Below are positions 11,807 to 25,151 of a stretch of DNA of 64,000 nucleotides, piece by piece. The DNA is from Macrostomum lignano (Eukaryota). Under the pieces are notes generated by a model. That model was not told the origin of the DNA. It was given only the letters and a program-made list of their open reading frames with translations, and searched no databases. Each line of letters opens with the position of its first letter. The first letter of the stretch is position 1. Both the position numbers and the translations under genes were made by a program. Location of the stretch: assembly GCA_002269645.1 (NCBI GenBank), contig NIVC01000974.1, forward strand, positions 218,258-282,257, read 5' to 3'.

Positions 11807-13340
11807 AAGGCTAAGGCCAAGGCTAAGGCCAAGGCTAAGGCCAAGGCTAAGGCCAAGGCTAAGGCCAAGGCTAAGGCCAAGGCTAAGGCCAAGGCTAAGG
11901 CCAAGGCTAAGGCCAAGGCTAAGGCCAAGGCTAAGGCCAAGGCTAAGGCCAAGGCTAAGGCCAAGGCTAAGGCCAAGGCTAAGGCCAAGGCTAAGGCCAA
12001 GGCTAAGGCCAAGGCTAAGGCCAAGGCTAAGGCCAAGGCTAAGGCCAAGGCTAAGGCCAAGGCTAAGGCCAAGGCTAAGGCCAAGGCTAAGGCCAAGGCT
12101 AAGGCCAAGGCTAAGGCCAAGGCTAAGGCCAAGGCTAAGGCCAAGGCTAAGGCCAAGGCTAAGGCCAAGGCTAAGGCCAAGGCTAAGGCCAAGGCTAAGG
12201 CCAAGGCTAAGGCCAAGGCTAAGGCCAAGGCTAAGGCCAAGGCTAAGGCCAAGGCTAAGGCCAAGGCTAAGGCCAAGGCTAAGGCCAAGGCTAAGGCCAA
12301 GGCTAAGGCCAAGGCTAAGGCCAAGGCTAAGGCCAAGGCTAAGGCCAAGGCTAAGGCCAAGGCTAAGGCCAAGGCTAAGGCCAAGGCTAAGGCCAAGGCT
12401 AAGGCCAAGGCTAAGGCCAAGGCTAAGGCCAAGGCTAAGGCCAAGGCTAAGGCCAAGGCTAAGGCCAAGGCTAAGGCCAAGGCTAAGGCCAAGGCTAAGG
12501 CCAAGGCTAAGGCCAAGGCTAAGGCCAAGGCTAAGGCCAAGGCTAAGGCCAAGGCTAAGGCCAAGGCTAAGGCCAAGGCTAAGGCCAAGGCTAAGGCCAA
12601 GGCTAAGGCCAAGGCTAAGGCCAAGGCTAAGGCCAAGGCTAAGGCCAAGGCTAAGGCCAAGGCTAAGGCCAAGGCTAAGGCCAAGGCTAAGGCCAAGGCT
12701 AAGGCCAAGGCTAAGGCCAAGGCTAAGGCCAAGGCTAAGGCCAAGGCTAAGGCCAAGGCTAAGGCCAAGGCTAAGGCCAAGGCTAAGGCCAAGGCTAAGG
12801 CCAAGGCTAAGGCCAAGGCTAAGGCCAAGGCTAAGGCCAAGGCTAAGGCCAAGGCTAAGGCCAAGGCTAAGGCCAAGGCTAAGGCCAAGGCTAAGGCCAA
12901 GGCTAAGGCCAAGGCTAAGGCCAAGGCTAAGGCCAAGGCTAAGGCCAAGGCTAAGGCCAAGGCTAAGGCCAAGGCTAAGGCCAAGGCTAAGGCCAAGGCT
13001 AAGGCCAAGGCTAAGGCCAAGGCTAAGGCCAAGGCTAAGGCCAAGGCTAAGGCCAAGGCTAAGGCCAAGGCTAAGGCCAAGGCTAAGGCCAAGGCTAAGG
13101 CCAAGGCTAAGGCCAAGGCTAAGGCCAAGGCTAAGGCCAAGGCTAAGGCCAAGGCTAAGGCCAAGGCTAAGGCCAAGGCTAAGGCCAAGGCTAAGGCCAA
13201 GGCTAAGGCCAAGGCTAAGGCCAAGGCTAAGGCCAAGGCTAAGGCCAAGGCTAAGGCCAAGGCTAAGGCCAAGGCTAAGGCCAAGGCTAAGGCCAAGGCT
13301 AAGGCCAAGGCTAAGGCCAAGGCTAAGGCCAAGGTTAAGG
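11807..13340. repeat. Perfect 12-bp tandem array (aaggctaaggcc)n, ~127 copies
   Basis: No variant unit seen until the terminal aaggtt. It explains the 536-631 aa LSLG/ALAL/RPRL pseudo-ORFs. Confidence 0.98.
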
Positions 13341-13906
13341 AAAAAATCATTTTTGGCGCGTCTCCCATGCAGGTGTCCAAATCTGAATTGCATCATCACT
13401 TGTGGCAAATTTTTGTGGGGATAAATACATGGGACATGGGCGAGACAGAGAGACTCCCCTGTGGCTGTGTGTTGCGTTCCGCAGACCCGGTCGAGATGGG
13501 GCGTTGGGAGGCTGGGCCCGCGTATTCCAGGTGACCTCTCGCCTATGTAATTTGGCAAAACTGTTGCCCACGTTTTTACTGCGCCTTTAATAATCTCCCA
13601 GCTGATCGAATTTCAGTACGGCTTAGCCCAGCCAGCAAGCATAATTGATTTATGACAGTAATTGACCCGCAGAAGCAGCTCATCAGCCAGGTGGCCTGAG
13701 GCGGGGCTGAACAGAGAAATGCGAGACCTTGAAGCATACTCAATATGAGGGAGAAAGCGATTGAGCAGTCTGGGGCTGAATGGCAGTTTAGAGAATTTGG
13801 TCGGACGATGCAAAAGTTTACGGAAGCCGTGAGAAACTGCGGGTTGAGAAAGGCTGGGGCTTCGAGATTGAAGTTTTGGGACTCCTCTGGAGGCCAGGAG
13901 GTCGTA

Positions 13907-14216
13907 GATTCTTCAGGGTGAGATGGGATTCTTCAGAGTGAGATGGGGTTCTTCAGGGTGAGATGAGGATTCTTCAGGTTGAGATGAGGATTCTTCAGGG
14001 TGAGATGGGGATTCTTCAGAGTGAGATGGGGATTCTTCAGAGTGAGATGGGGTTCTTCAGGGTGAGATGGGATTCTTCAGGTTGAGATGAGGATTCTTCA
14101 GGGTGAGATGGGGATTCTTCAGAGTGAGATGGGGTTCTTCAGGGTGAGATGGGATTCTTCAGGGTGAGATGGGATTCTTCAGGGTGAGATGGGATTCTTC
14201 AGGGTGAGATGGGATT
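13907..14216. repeat. 21-22-bp minisatellite (gattcttcagggtgagatgg/g)
   Basis: Tandem periodicity visible directly. Confidence 0.92.
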
Positions 14217-15063
14217 TTACTTCATGCACAGTGAGCAAAGAGTAATCTATAAAGAGCAATTGAACAGAATTCCGCGTACGCAATAGATGCGCAGACCGAT
14301 GGAACAAGTGTATGCTGCACCCAAGTCAGTTCCCAGGCAGTGCTGACCTGCACACTGCATTTATCATTCGCATTCACAAAGCAGCACCGTTGTAAACTGT
14401 TAAAAGAAAATTCAGGTGAAATGATGAAGCTGTCTCTGTCTCTCTCTCAGTCCGCAGCTCGCGCCGCTTTCACCGCAATCAACGGCAAGTGTCGGTGGCC
14501 ACGGCTTGTATACACCAGACTTGCTCGTGAGCAATCCATCATGCCGAATCTCTGTAAACATTGGCGACTGGGGGGCTCCGCAACCTGCAACAAGTGCTTC
14601 TTCATCGTATTGCCATCCAAGCCTCCCGCCGCTTCCCCTGCGCACACTGTTGCCATGGGGGCGGCTTTAAAAAGCGCGACTGCGATTCAGTATATACGAG
14701 GTGGAAGGTTGCGATCCAAAGTGACAGATGAGGCAGTTGAGAGTCTGGCCCCGGATGCTGAGAAAGTCAGAATTTTAATATTGGAACTCTCGGGCACCCC
14801 GCTGGGATCTGCAGATCAACTGCCCAGACAGCTGCGGTTGAACCGATTCCCTCAATTCCTTTTTAGTGTTGAGTGATTTTGGCATGCAGGTATTTGGCTC
14901 CTGTGCGATCGTCTTGGACTGTCGGCCTCGCCCACTTCAGGTTAAGTTGGATTTCCTGTGGGTCAGGGGGTGATCTGGGTCCGGGCCGATTTCAAACCAA
15001 CCATTTCCAATTCCACTGTGGTCACCTCGCTTAAACCTGCTTCTTCCCTATAGTTTCCCCTCC

Positions 15064-16040
15064 CCGTTTCCGCCCCTTACAACTTGTTTCCGCCCATTAC
15101 AACTCGTTTCCGCCCCTTCTAACTCGTTTCCGTCCCTTCCAACTCGTTTCCGCCCCTTCTAACTCGTTTCCGCCCCTTCTAACTCGTTTCCACCCCTTCC
15201 AACTCGTTTCCGCCCCTTACAACTTGTTTCCGCCCCTTACAACTTGTTTCCGCCCCTTAAAACTCGTTTCTGCCCCATTCCAACTCGTTTCCGTCCCTTC
15301 CAACTCGTTTCCGTCCCTTCCAACTCGTTTCCGCCCCTTCCAACTCGTTTCCGCCCCTTACAACTCGTTTCCGCCCCTTCCAACTCGTTTCCGCCCCTTC
15401 CAACTCGTTTCCGTCCCTTCTAACTGGTTTCCGCCCCTTCCAACTCGTTTCCACCCCTTCTAACTCGTTTCCGCCCCTTCTAACTCGTTTCCGTCCCTTC
15501 CAACTCGTTTCCGTCCCTTCCAACTCGTTTCCGCCCCTTCTAACTCGTTTCCGTCCCTTCCAACTCGTTTCCGCCCCTTCCAACTCGTTTCCGCCCCTTC
15601 CAACTCGTTTGCACCCTTCTAACTGGTTTCCGCCCCTTCCAACTCGTTTCCGCCCCTTACAACTCGTTTCCGCCCCTTCCAACTCGTTTCCGCCCCTTCC
15701 AACTCGTTTCCGCCCCTTCCAACTCGTTTCCGTCCCTTCTAACTGGTTTCCGCCCCTTCCAACTCGTTTCCACCCCTTCTAACGCGTTTCCGCCCCTTCT
15801 AACTCGTTTCCGTCCCTTCCAACTCGTTTCCGTCCCTTCCAACTCGTTTCCGCCCCTTCCAACTCGTTTCCGCCCCTTCCAACTCGTTTGCACCCTTCTA
15901 ACTGGTTTCCGCCCCTTCCAACTCGTTTCCGCCCCTTACAACTCGTTTCCGCCCCTTCCAACTCGTTTCCGCCCCTTCCAACTCGTTTCCGCCCCTTCCA
16001 ACTCGTTTTCGCCATTTCCAACTCGTTTCCGCCCCCTCCA
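15064..16040. repeat. 20-bp minisatellite (aactcgtttccgccccttcc), ~48 copies
   Basis: Tandem periodicity; 20-aa repeat in the ORF track. Confidence 0.95.
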
Positions 16041-17267
16041 ACCTCCAAATCCACCTTTTTTGCCCCGTAATTTTCGCCTCATCTGACAGACACAACTTCC
16101 AGTCCTCAGTTCACAATTGTCAGTGAAGAGCACACGAAGCATAATCTGCGGCCCTCATCAAGTTGCCCTCCCACTAAGCCAGCTTCACACTAATTCAATG
16201 CAGCGCATCGAAGCACCTGCAGTTGGTTTTCTCTCACCTGCTCTATTTCTCTTCTTCTGTCTTCCTGCCCGCCTCTTGGCCTGTCTGCAACAGCAGAGAG
16301 AGTCTTTAGAACTCTCGCTAGAAGCAATTGCCAACCAGACGATAGGGTGAGTGCCGAAGCGCAATCATGCGCCTTGAGCACACTAAGACTGCGTGTGTGT
16401 ATGTATGTATGTGTGTCTGTGTGTGTGTGGCACCTCCTTCAAGCGCCACCAGGTGGGTCGAGGGTGCAGCTCTCACACCTTTTTCGAGCGTGCAAACACA
16501 CTTGTCCCGTCGGTCTTATCACAATGGACAATACCGAATCGGAGACTGTGGAGTTACTTAATAAATGCACTGCATCTATGAGGGGTGGGGGAATGGCTCT
16601 TAGCTTTTCTCATTCCTGCACACACACACACACACACACACTCACACACCTATATCTCTGTGAACCTGCACGCGCACGGTCTAGGGACCAACCTGAGAAT
16701 CTCGCACAGTTACAGGGGCTATGGAAAAAGCAAAGAAAAGCTATTTAAGCTTGTCTGGGACCACCCACCGGATTTCTTCTCATCAGCAAAAAGGGGCAGG
16801 GAGGCAGAATGCGTCCAGCTCTGAGGCTCTCTGTGTCGCTCGGACACTCCCCGGTGAGACCTGCGGCCCAGCAGTGAAAGCTGGCCTTGGGCCAAGCATA
16901 AGCCACTTTCATTGGAGCAGCAAGTGCAGCTGCAGAGAGGCGATGAAGCCCCTGGCTGTCAGTCAGTCAGGCAATTATACTGGCAGGTTGAACTCGGCTT
17001 CCCACACTTTTGCCACCCGGCGCTGAAGCTTGCCATTTGGCCGTGTTATTTTTAGCGTGAGAACTGCCTCACTGTTATTAACTAAAATGCGCTTATTTGG
17101 GCACACACTGGCTTCAGCTTTTAATAGCATAGTTTTAATAGCATTTATGATGCAGATGGCAAGGTGACTGCAGCTCTTTACAGCTGATAATTTATTTTGG
17201 GGGTGCTCAAAACAAATTATACTTACACTTGAATGGCATAGTTTCATCCTTCAGATTAAATACGATA

Positions 17268-19200
17268 CGCTTCAGGTTCAGAATAGCAGCTTCAGGTTCA
17301 AAATGGTAGCTTCAGGTTCAAAGTGGTAGCTTCAGGTTCAAAATGGCAGCTTCAGGTTCAAAATGGTAGCTTCAGGTTCAAAATGGTAGCTTCAGGCTCA
17401 AAATGGCAGCTTCAGGTTCAAAATGGCAGCTTCAGGTTCAAAATGGTAGCTTCAGGTTCAAAATGGCAGCTTCAGGTTCAAAATGGTAGCTTCCGGTTCA
17501 AAATGGTAGCTTCAGGTTCAAAATGGTAGCTTCAGGTTCAAAATGGTAGCTTTAGGTTCAAAATGGTAGCTTCCGGTTCAAAATGGTAGCTTCCGGTTCA
17601 AAATGGCAGCTTCAGGTTCAAAATGGCAGCTTCAGGTTCAAAATGGTAGCTTCAGGTTCAAAATGGTAGCTTCAGGTTCAAAATGGTAGCTTCAGGTTCA
17701 AAATGGTAGCTTTAGGTTCAAAATGGTAGCTTCCGGTTCAAAATGGTAGCTTCCGGTTCAAAATGGTAGCTTCAGGTTCAGAATGACAGCTTCAGGTTCA
17801 GCATGGCAGTTTCAGATTGAACATGGCAGCTTCAAATTCAACATGGCAGCTTCAGGTTCAGCATGGCAGTTTCAGATTGAACATGGCAGCTTCAAATTCA
17901 ACATGGCAGCTTCAGGTTCAGCATGGCAGTTTCAGATTGAACATGGCAGCTTCAAATTCAACATGGCAGCTTCAGATTCAACATGGCAGCTTCAGATTGA
18001 ATATGGCAGCTTCAGATTGAATATGGCAGCTTCAGATTCAACATGGCAGCTTCAGATTGAATATGGCAGCTTCAGATTGAATATGGCAGCTTCAAATTGA
18101 ATATGGCAGCTTCAGATTCAACATGGCAGCTTCAGATTGAATATGGCAGCTTCAGATTGAATATGGCAGCTTCAGATTGAATATGGCAGCTTCAGATTGA
18201 ATATGGCAGCTTCAAATTGAATATGGCAGCTTCAAATTCAACATGGCAGCTTCAGATTGAATATGGCAGCTTCAGATTGAATATGGCAGCTTCAGATTGA
18301 ACATGGCAGCTTCAGATTGAATATGGCAGTTTCAGATTGAATATGGCAGCTTCAGATTCAACATGGCAGCTTCAGATTGAATATGGCAGCTTCAGATTGA
18401 ATATGGCAGCTTCAGATTGAATATGGCAGCTTCACATTGAATATGGCAGCTTCACATTGAATATGGCAGCTTCACATTGAATATGGCAGCTTCACATTGA
18501 ATATGGCAGCTTCACATTGAATATGGCAGCTTCAGATTGAATATGGCAGCTTCAGATTGAATATGGCAGCTTCAGATTGAATATGGCAGCTTCAGATTGA
18601 ATATGGCAGTTTCAGATTGAATATGGCAGCTTCAGATTGAATATGGCAGTTTCAGATTGAATATGGCAGTTTCAGATTGAATATGGCAGTTTCAGATTGA
18701 ATATGGCAGTTTCAGATTGAATATGGCAGTTTCAGATTGAATATGGCAGTTTCAGATTGAATATGGCAGCTTCAGATTGAATATGGCAGCTTCAGATTCA
18801 ACATGGCAGCTTCAGATTGAATATGGCAGCTTCAGATTGAATATGGCAGCTTCACATTGAATATGGCAGCTTCACATTGAATATGGCAGCTTCACATTGA
18901 ATATGGCAGCTTCACATTGAATATGGCAGCTTCACATTGAATATGGCAGCTTCAGATTGAATATGGCAGCTTCAGATTCAACATGGCAGCTTCAGATTGA
19001 ATATGGCAGCTTCACATTGAATATGGCAGCTTCAGATTGAATATGGCAGTTTCAGATTGAATATGGCAGCTTCAGATTGAATATGGCAGCTTCAGATTCA
19101 ACATGGCAGCTTCAGATTGAATATGGCAGCTTCAGATTGAATATGGCAGCTTCAGATTGAATATGGCAATTTCAGATTGAATATGCCAGCTTCAGATTCA
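17268..19200. repeat. 20-bp satellite with a left-to-right sequence gradient (aaaatggtagcttcaggttc -> aatatggcagcttcagattg)
   Basis: Two variant domains joined by a 60-bp three-unit higher-order block at about 17790-17960. Confidence 0.95.
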
Positions 19201-19989
19201 AAGCAACATATTAATACGCTTGTATTAAAAATGAGAGTTTGAAATAAAAAAATGGCGTCTTCAGGTTACAAATGGCACCGTCTAAATTAAAAATGAAATT
19301 AAAAAAGCAATAAAAAGGATATACTTATAAGCAATTAAGAAAAACGCTAAAATATTGCAACAATTTAAATTGACGCCAAAAATAATAAAAATTGTCAAAT
19401 AGTAATAAGATTCTAAAACGCCATTTTTTGACAAATACGGCTGCCTTTGTTCACCCTCAGCAACCCTAGCAAGTGCCGGAACGGAGGTTTCCGGTCAGAT
19501 AAATTTGCTCAAGTTTGGCCACAACTGCCAGCGCCTGTGCTCACACAGCGGCAGCTCAGCAGAACAAACAGCCTCAGCCGAGCAAGCAGTGGAGCAAACA
19601 GTGGAGCAAACACTGCATGCACTGGGGGGTGCACCTCATCGCAGCACCGCACCAAAGTGTTATGATCATCTGCTGGCCAACTGGCAGAGACAGTTTGAAA
19701 CACGAATTTCGCGCGCTTTTGCAGGTAACACAGCATGCCTCCCCCCCCCCCCGGTTCCGTGCTCAATGCGATTTCGTCTGCTCAAACTTTCTTCTCCCTG
19801 GCAATTGCTGAGCGGCAATGCATTTTCACTGTTGCGTAACAGCTTGTCTCTTAATTGCTGCTCAGTTTTTGTAGGCTAAAAAGCATAATTGTGCCTTTCG
19901 GGTAATAATGGGGGAATTTTGTCCTGGCTCTTGAATTACACAGCTCAAGGTGTGTTTCTGCAAATATCAGTATTCGTACCTCTGGACGG

Positions 19990-21697
19990 ATAGGAGCGGG
20001 TGGGGCGGATCGGGACGGATAAGAGTGAATCGGGGTGGATGGGGCGGATAGGGTGGATAGCGCGAATGGGATAGGGCGGATGGGACGGAAAAGGTAGTTT
20101 AGGGGCGGAATCGGTGGTGTAGGGGCGGAATCGGTGGTGTATAGGGGCGGAATCGGTGGTGTAGGGGCGGAATCGGTAGTGTAGGGGCGGAATCGGTAGT
20201 GTAGGGGCGGAATCGGTAGTGTAGGGGCGGAATCGGTAGTGTAGGGGCGGAATCGGTAGTGTAGGGGCGGAATCGGTAGTGTAGGGGCGGAATCGGTAGT
20301 GTAGGGGCGGAATCGGTAGTGTAGGGGCGGAATCGGTAGTGTAGGGGCGGAATCGGTAGTGTAGGGGCGGAATCGGTAGTGTAGGGGCGGAATCGGTAGT
20401 GTAGGGGCGGAATCGGTAGTGTAGGGGCGGAATCGGTAGTGTAGGGGCGGAATCGGTAGTGTAGGGGCGGAATCGGTGGTGTAGGGGCGGAATCGGTAGT
20501 GTAGGGCATGGAAGAGATTGTGTAGGGGCGGAATCGGTAGTGTAGGGGCGGAATCGGTAGTGTAGGGGCGGAATCGGTAGTGTAGGGGCGGAATCGGTAG
20601 TGTAGGGGATGGAAGAGATTGTGTAGGGGTGGAATCGGTGGTGTAGGGGCGGAATCGGTGGTGTAGGGGCGGAATCGGTGGTGTAGGGGCGGAATCGGTG
20701 GTGTAGGGGCGGAATCGGTGGTGTAGGGGCGGAATCGGTAGTGTAGGGGCGGAATCGGTGGTGTAGGGGCGGAATCGGTAGTGTAGGGCATGGAAGAGAT
20801 TGTGTAGGGGCGGAATCGGTAGTGTAGGGGCGGAATCGGTAGTGTAGGGGCGGAATCGGTAGTGTAGGGGCGGAATCGGTAGTGTAGGGGATGGAAGAGA
20901 TTGTGTAGGGGTGGAATCGGTGGTGTAGGGGCGGAATCGGTGGTGTAGGGGCGGAATCGGTGGTGTAGGGGCGGAATCGGTGGTGTAGGGGCGGAATCGG
21001 TGGTGTAGGGGCGGAATCGGTAGTGTAGGGGCGGAATCGGTGGTGTAGGGGCGGAATCGGTAGTGTAGGGGCGGAATCGGTAGTGTAGGGGCGGAATCGG
21101 TAGTGTAGGGGCGGAATCGGTAGTGTAGGGGATGGAAGAGATTGTGTAGGGGTGGAATCGGTGGTGTAGGGGCGGAATCGGTGGTGTAGGGGCGGAATCG
21201 GTGGTGTAGGGGCGGAATCGGTGGTGTAGGGGCGGAATCGGTGGTGTAGGGGCGGAATCGGTGGTGTAGGGGCGGAATCGGTGGTGTAGGGGCGGAATCG
21301 GTGGTGTAGGGGCGGAATCGGTGGTGTAGGGGCGGAATCGGTAGTGTAGGGGCGGAATCGGTAGTGTAGGGGCGGAATCGGTGGTGTAGGGGCGGAATCT
21401 GTAGTGTAGGGGATGGAAGAGATTGTGTAGGGGCGGAATCGGTAGTGTAGGGGCGGAATCGGTAGTGTAGGGGCGGAATCGATGGTGTAGGGGCGGAATT
21501 GGTGGTGTAGGGGCGGAATCGGTGGTGTAGGGGCGGAATCGGTAGTGTAGGGGCGGAATCGGTAGTGTAGGGGCGGAATCGGTGGTGTAGGGGCGGAATC
21601 GGTAGTGTAGGGGCGGAATCGGTAGTGTAGGGGCGGAATCGGTGGTGTAGGGGCGGAATCGGTGGTGTAGGGGCGGAATCGGTGGTGTAGGGCGGAT
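19990..21697. repeat. G-rich 20-bp minisatellite (gtaggggcggaatcggtagt) with interspersed gatggaagagattgt units
   Basis: Tandem periodicity; variant units recur at a 282-bp offset (20501/20783 and 20602/20884). Confidence 0.95.
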
Positions 21698-24600
21698 AGG
21701 ATGCTCCAAGCAAGTGCGGATGTGTGTGCACAGTGAGGTGTCCAAGGCCAAATCTGTCCAGGATTTTAAGATCTGTTAAAAGGAGCTTGCATGTGTAGGC
21801 ATTTGGACATTCAAACATTCTCAAAGTCTGAAAATGCCGCTACAATTCCAGCTTGAGCCTCAAGTCCCATCATCCCCAAATTCTCATGCTCTAATGGCGA
21901 TTTCAGAGGCTGGGAAGTGTGCTCAGTTCGAAGGTGTTAAGTGTTTGGGTTACTGCCGTTGCGTGTGTGCGGGTGGGGGAAATTCCATTAATTTTAAATG
22001 GGATCGCCCGACAGGACAGGAGATGCATGCAAATAAATGCAGCTAAAAGGGGCGGAGAAGTCAAAAGTTGACAGGACTATGAGGAGATATCTTTTGTTCA
22101 AATTAATTTCACTCAACGGACCGTCAGTAAATAGCTGTGCTTACTATCTCACACACCCGACCACCCAGCCTCTCCATCGCCTCCCAATCTGACTGGTTGG
22201 CAATTCATTTTGCCCAAGCAGTGAGGCGCGAGTGTAAACACAAGGGATCTGTAAGTAGTTCGCTATCCCCCGGTCTGCAAAAAAAGGAATCCCATTATTA
22301 TTCTGGGAGCCAAATGTGCAACGCAATTGCATCTTATCAATTTGAAAGTGACCGATCGCTGACAGTTCACGTTGGCCCGAATCAACATCGAGTTTGAGGA
22401 GGCCCTGGGATGATACCTGCTGACAAGTTGAGCAGGCAGTTGTGAATAAATTTTGTTTGGCTTCAATCTTGACCTGACCAGCTTAGTTAATCCAGCTGTC
22501 CAGATTGAAAGCTTAATCCTTGTGCCAGGCGTGACTGACTGATGGGGAGGTGAGGCTTCCTAGTCAGCAGCTTGGTTTTTCGGTCAGCAACAGAGTTGCG
22601 ACACCTCCTCCACTCTGATTGGCATCGGCGCTACACAAAGGAAATGCGTGAATTTTGGCACATTTTGGCGCATCGATGTTGAAGCCCGCTGTTTGATAAG
22701 AGGAGCTCGGGAGCAGACTTCACGGCAGCGAGCCGAGATCTCCCGCTGCGAGGGAATCTGTCAGCTTCGGGAGGATCAAGAGAGATAAGAGACAAAGTCT
22801 CAATACGATTTTTTAACAACTGCTGAACTCGCTTGCCCCCCATATCGTACATGTAGTTGATGGCGCAACTAGCGAAGATACGCCCCATCCCTGCGGATCT
22901 GAAATTACCAGCTTAATAAAATGACTCAAATTAACTGAGCAAAGTATGGACCGAAGACCAAAACAGCAGAGATAATTTTATTATAGAAAACTTGGCCTGC
23001 AACCGGGGCTGCTCTCTCACCTCTGATTTAGCATCTGCATGCGCAACAAAGGTTTAAATAATCTTTCAAGCTTGTTCATCCGGCCCTAATAAAACAAACT
23101 GCGCGGGTGAAAGTGATCTGTGCTGGGCGAGAGGTTCTCCTTTTTTGGTTAATTGGCCATGCAGTTTTTTAGCATAAAATAGAGATAGCTTAATTAACAG
23201 TATTGAGCACTCGCCGCCTTTGCCAAAACTCTTGGGTAGGTGCGAGTATGATTGTTGTTCCTGAGTCAGTCTCGTGTGTCCTACGCGCATAGCAACTGAG
23301 ATGCTCATATTGCTCTCCAGACGGTTAATCCCTTATGCCCGTGCTTTATGACTTTGCATTTGCACAGCTGGGAGACATGGCGCTTTGTCTTAAATAGCAT
23401 CATCATCACTCCCCCGCTCAACCTCCGAAACATGGCCCGCCTGCGGTCGGTGTGTAAAATATGAATGCTAGCAGCCACAGTAATATTCTGTATATGGAAC
23501 AATTGACTCAGACTTTCTACTCAATAAATGACGCATGCAGTCACGCAGCGAGGCGTGTTGGCCAGCGCTGTCCAGGCGATCTGCTCGATGGGGTTGAGCA
23601 GTTCAGCCCTTTAACTGCGCCACTCTGTTACTTTCCGCTGCTCCAGCTCTTGTCTGATTTAACTTTTTTATTCCTAAGGATCCGTTAACTGGGCCAGCAG
23701 CGCTAATCAGTTCTGGCAGAGTTCCACACAATTCGATGATGATGGCCGTTGAGGACCTACCAGGAATTTTAAAAGTTAACATTGTGATGTGCACACATGT
23801 ACATGAATGAGTGCATGAGGTATGCCGCAAGACATATTGACCCGTGTCAAAGAGTTGTTTGGTTTAAGTTGACTTTAGATCAACAAAACTACCAATTAAT
23901 GTTGTTAAACACACTCAAGCGTTCGGTCCACTTAGCCACTGGTTCTCACTCGTCGAACAGCGCCTGACTAAAGTGCTTTGCTCAATAGGGGAATATTCAA
24001 ATACTTGATGTTGGGAAGAACGAAAATTGACTGCGAAAGATTTTGGTTTGGGTTAGGGTTTACGAGCTAAGGAGCTAAGGTTTAGGTTAGGTTTAGGTTT
24101 ATGAGGTTTGGGCTTGGGTTTCGCCGTCAATCTGTGGCAGCCGATTGTCGCAGACCCTCAATACCATCTGTCATTGACCCCCCTGTCTATAGTCCTGACT
24201 AGAAAGACGGATGGGATGTTTCGTTTCTTAGAAAATCTTTGACAATTGGCTCCGTGCAGAAAAAATTCGGAATTAGGATTTCTCTTTTTTTTCTCTTAAA
24301 ATTACGACCGGCTTTTATAAGACCAGAGATTAAATCATCTGTTTAGCATATGCTTTGCCTCTTTTGCTGCTTCATTGGATTCTTTTAAAAGCTTACTTTC
24401 TGGGAAATAGCCTTAGCACAACAGTACGTTGGCCCTTGACGCGAACTAAAATTTATTGCTCTTTTTTAGTGTAAAAACAACATAAATTCATCTAAAGCAA
24501 ATTAAAAATGCATTTGACTGAATTTATCCTGTGAAAAATCCGTTTTTATTTTTTGTCAACTGACAAAGATGTATTAGTTGCATGTTCTAAATTTACTACT

Positions 24601-25151
24601 ATCAGTAGAATCTAAATGTTAAATAGCCTAATATTCCAAGTGTGCATGAATAATTAATTGAAGCCTAATATGAGGCCTATAATGATGAATTGCTATATTT
24701 TCTTAAGTCGATGTCTGCAACAATCAGCGCGCGCGACGGCAGAAATTTTGTGTATTTGAAAATATCCATAAACTTATACAACTCTGTTGACAGACGTGGC
24801 AGCGGAAAGAAAGTAAGGAAAAATACAATGAAAAATTCCAGATTCTGCACAGCGAGCACAATAGAACTACATACATGCCAGACCCCGAACAGTCCAACAG
24901 CAAATGAAGAGTGCATAAAGAGGTTAAAAAATCTCATTTGGGGGCGCGCCAATGACAAACATGGATAAAAAATGTGTACTTTATCTATCCCATACCTAGA
25001 TTTTGATGTCTCATTTCCTCATGAGACAATCGAGTAATTTTGCTTACGGTATATGCAAAAAGGAAAGCAGAAACAGAAATACGTCTCATATTGTTATTGT
25101 GCGGCCTATAGGGCACGAAATAGGCAGGCAGCTTGGACATACATCAGTAGA

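Noticed and set aside
11663-13558. Long ORFs of 536-631 aa (LSLG, poly-LA, RPRL)
   Set aside because: They are translations of the stop-free 12-bp array, with no unique coding content.
14774-14885. Minus-strand MPKSLNTKK as a possible SNAG exon for snail
   Set aside because: It lacks the invariant F-L-V residues, lies 5.4 kb away, and I found no convincing donor to join it.
19505-19879. Possible exon or ORF ending at a GCAG|GTAACA donor
   Set aside because: No recognisable domain and no in-frame partner exons found.
19851-21824. 550-657 aa Pro/Arg-rich ORFs, and similar ORFs at 15.2-16.1, 31.0-31.5, 32.7-33.2, 34.4-38.6, 41.4-44.1, 54.0-54.6, 56.3-57.0 and 57.9-58.7 kb
   Set aside because: Peptide periodicity matches the DNA repeat period in several frames at once; these are satellite artefacts.
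24051-24121. Telomere-like TTAGGG/TTTAGG tract; also TTTTGGG/TTTAGGG in the 16-bp arrays at 40.2 and 45.7 kb
   Set aside because: Only isolated telomeric words inside degenerate or longer units; not a true interstitial telomere array.
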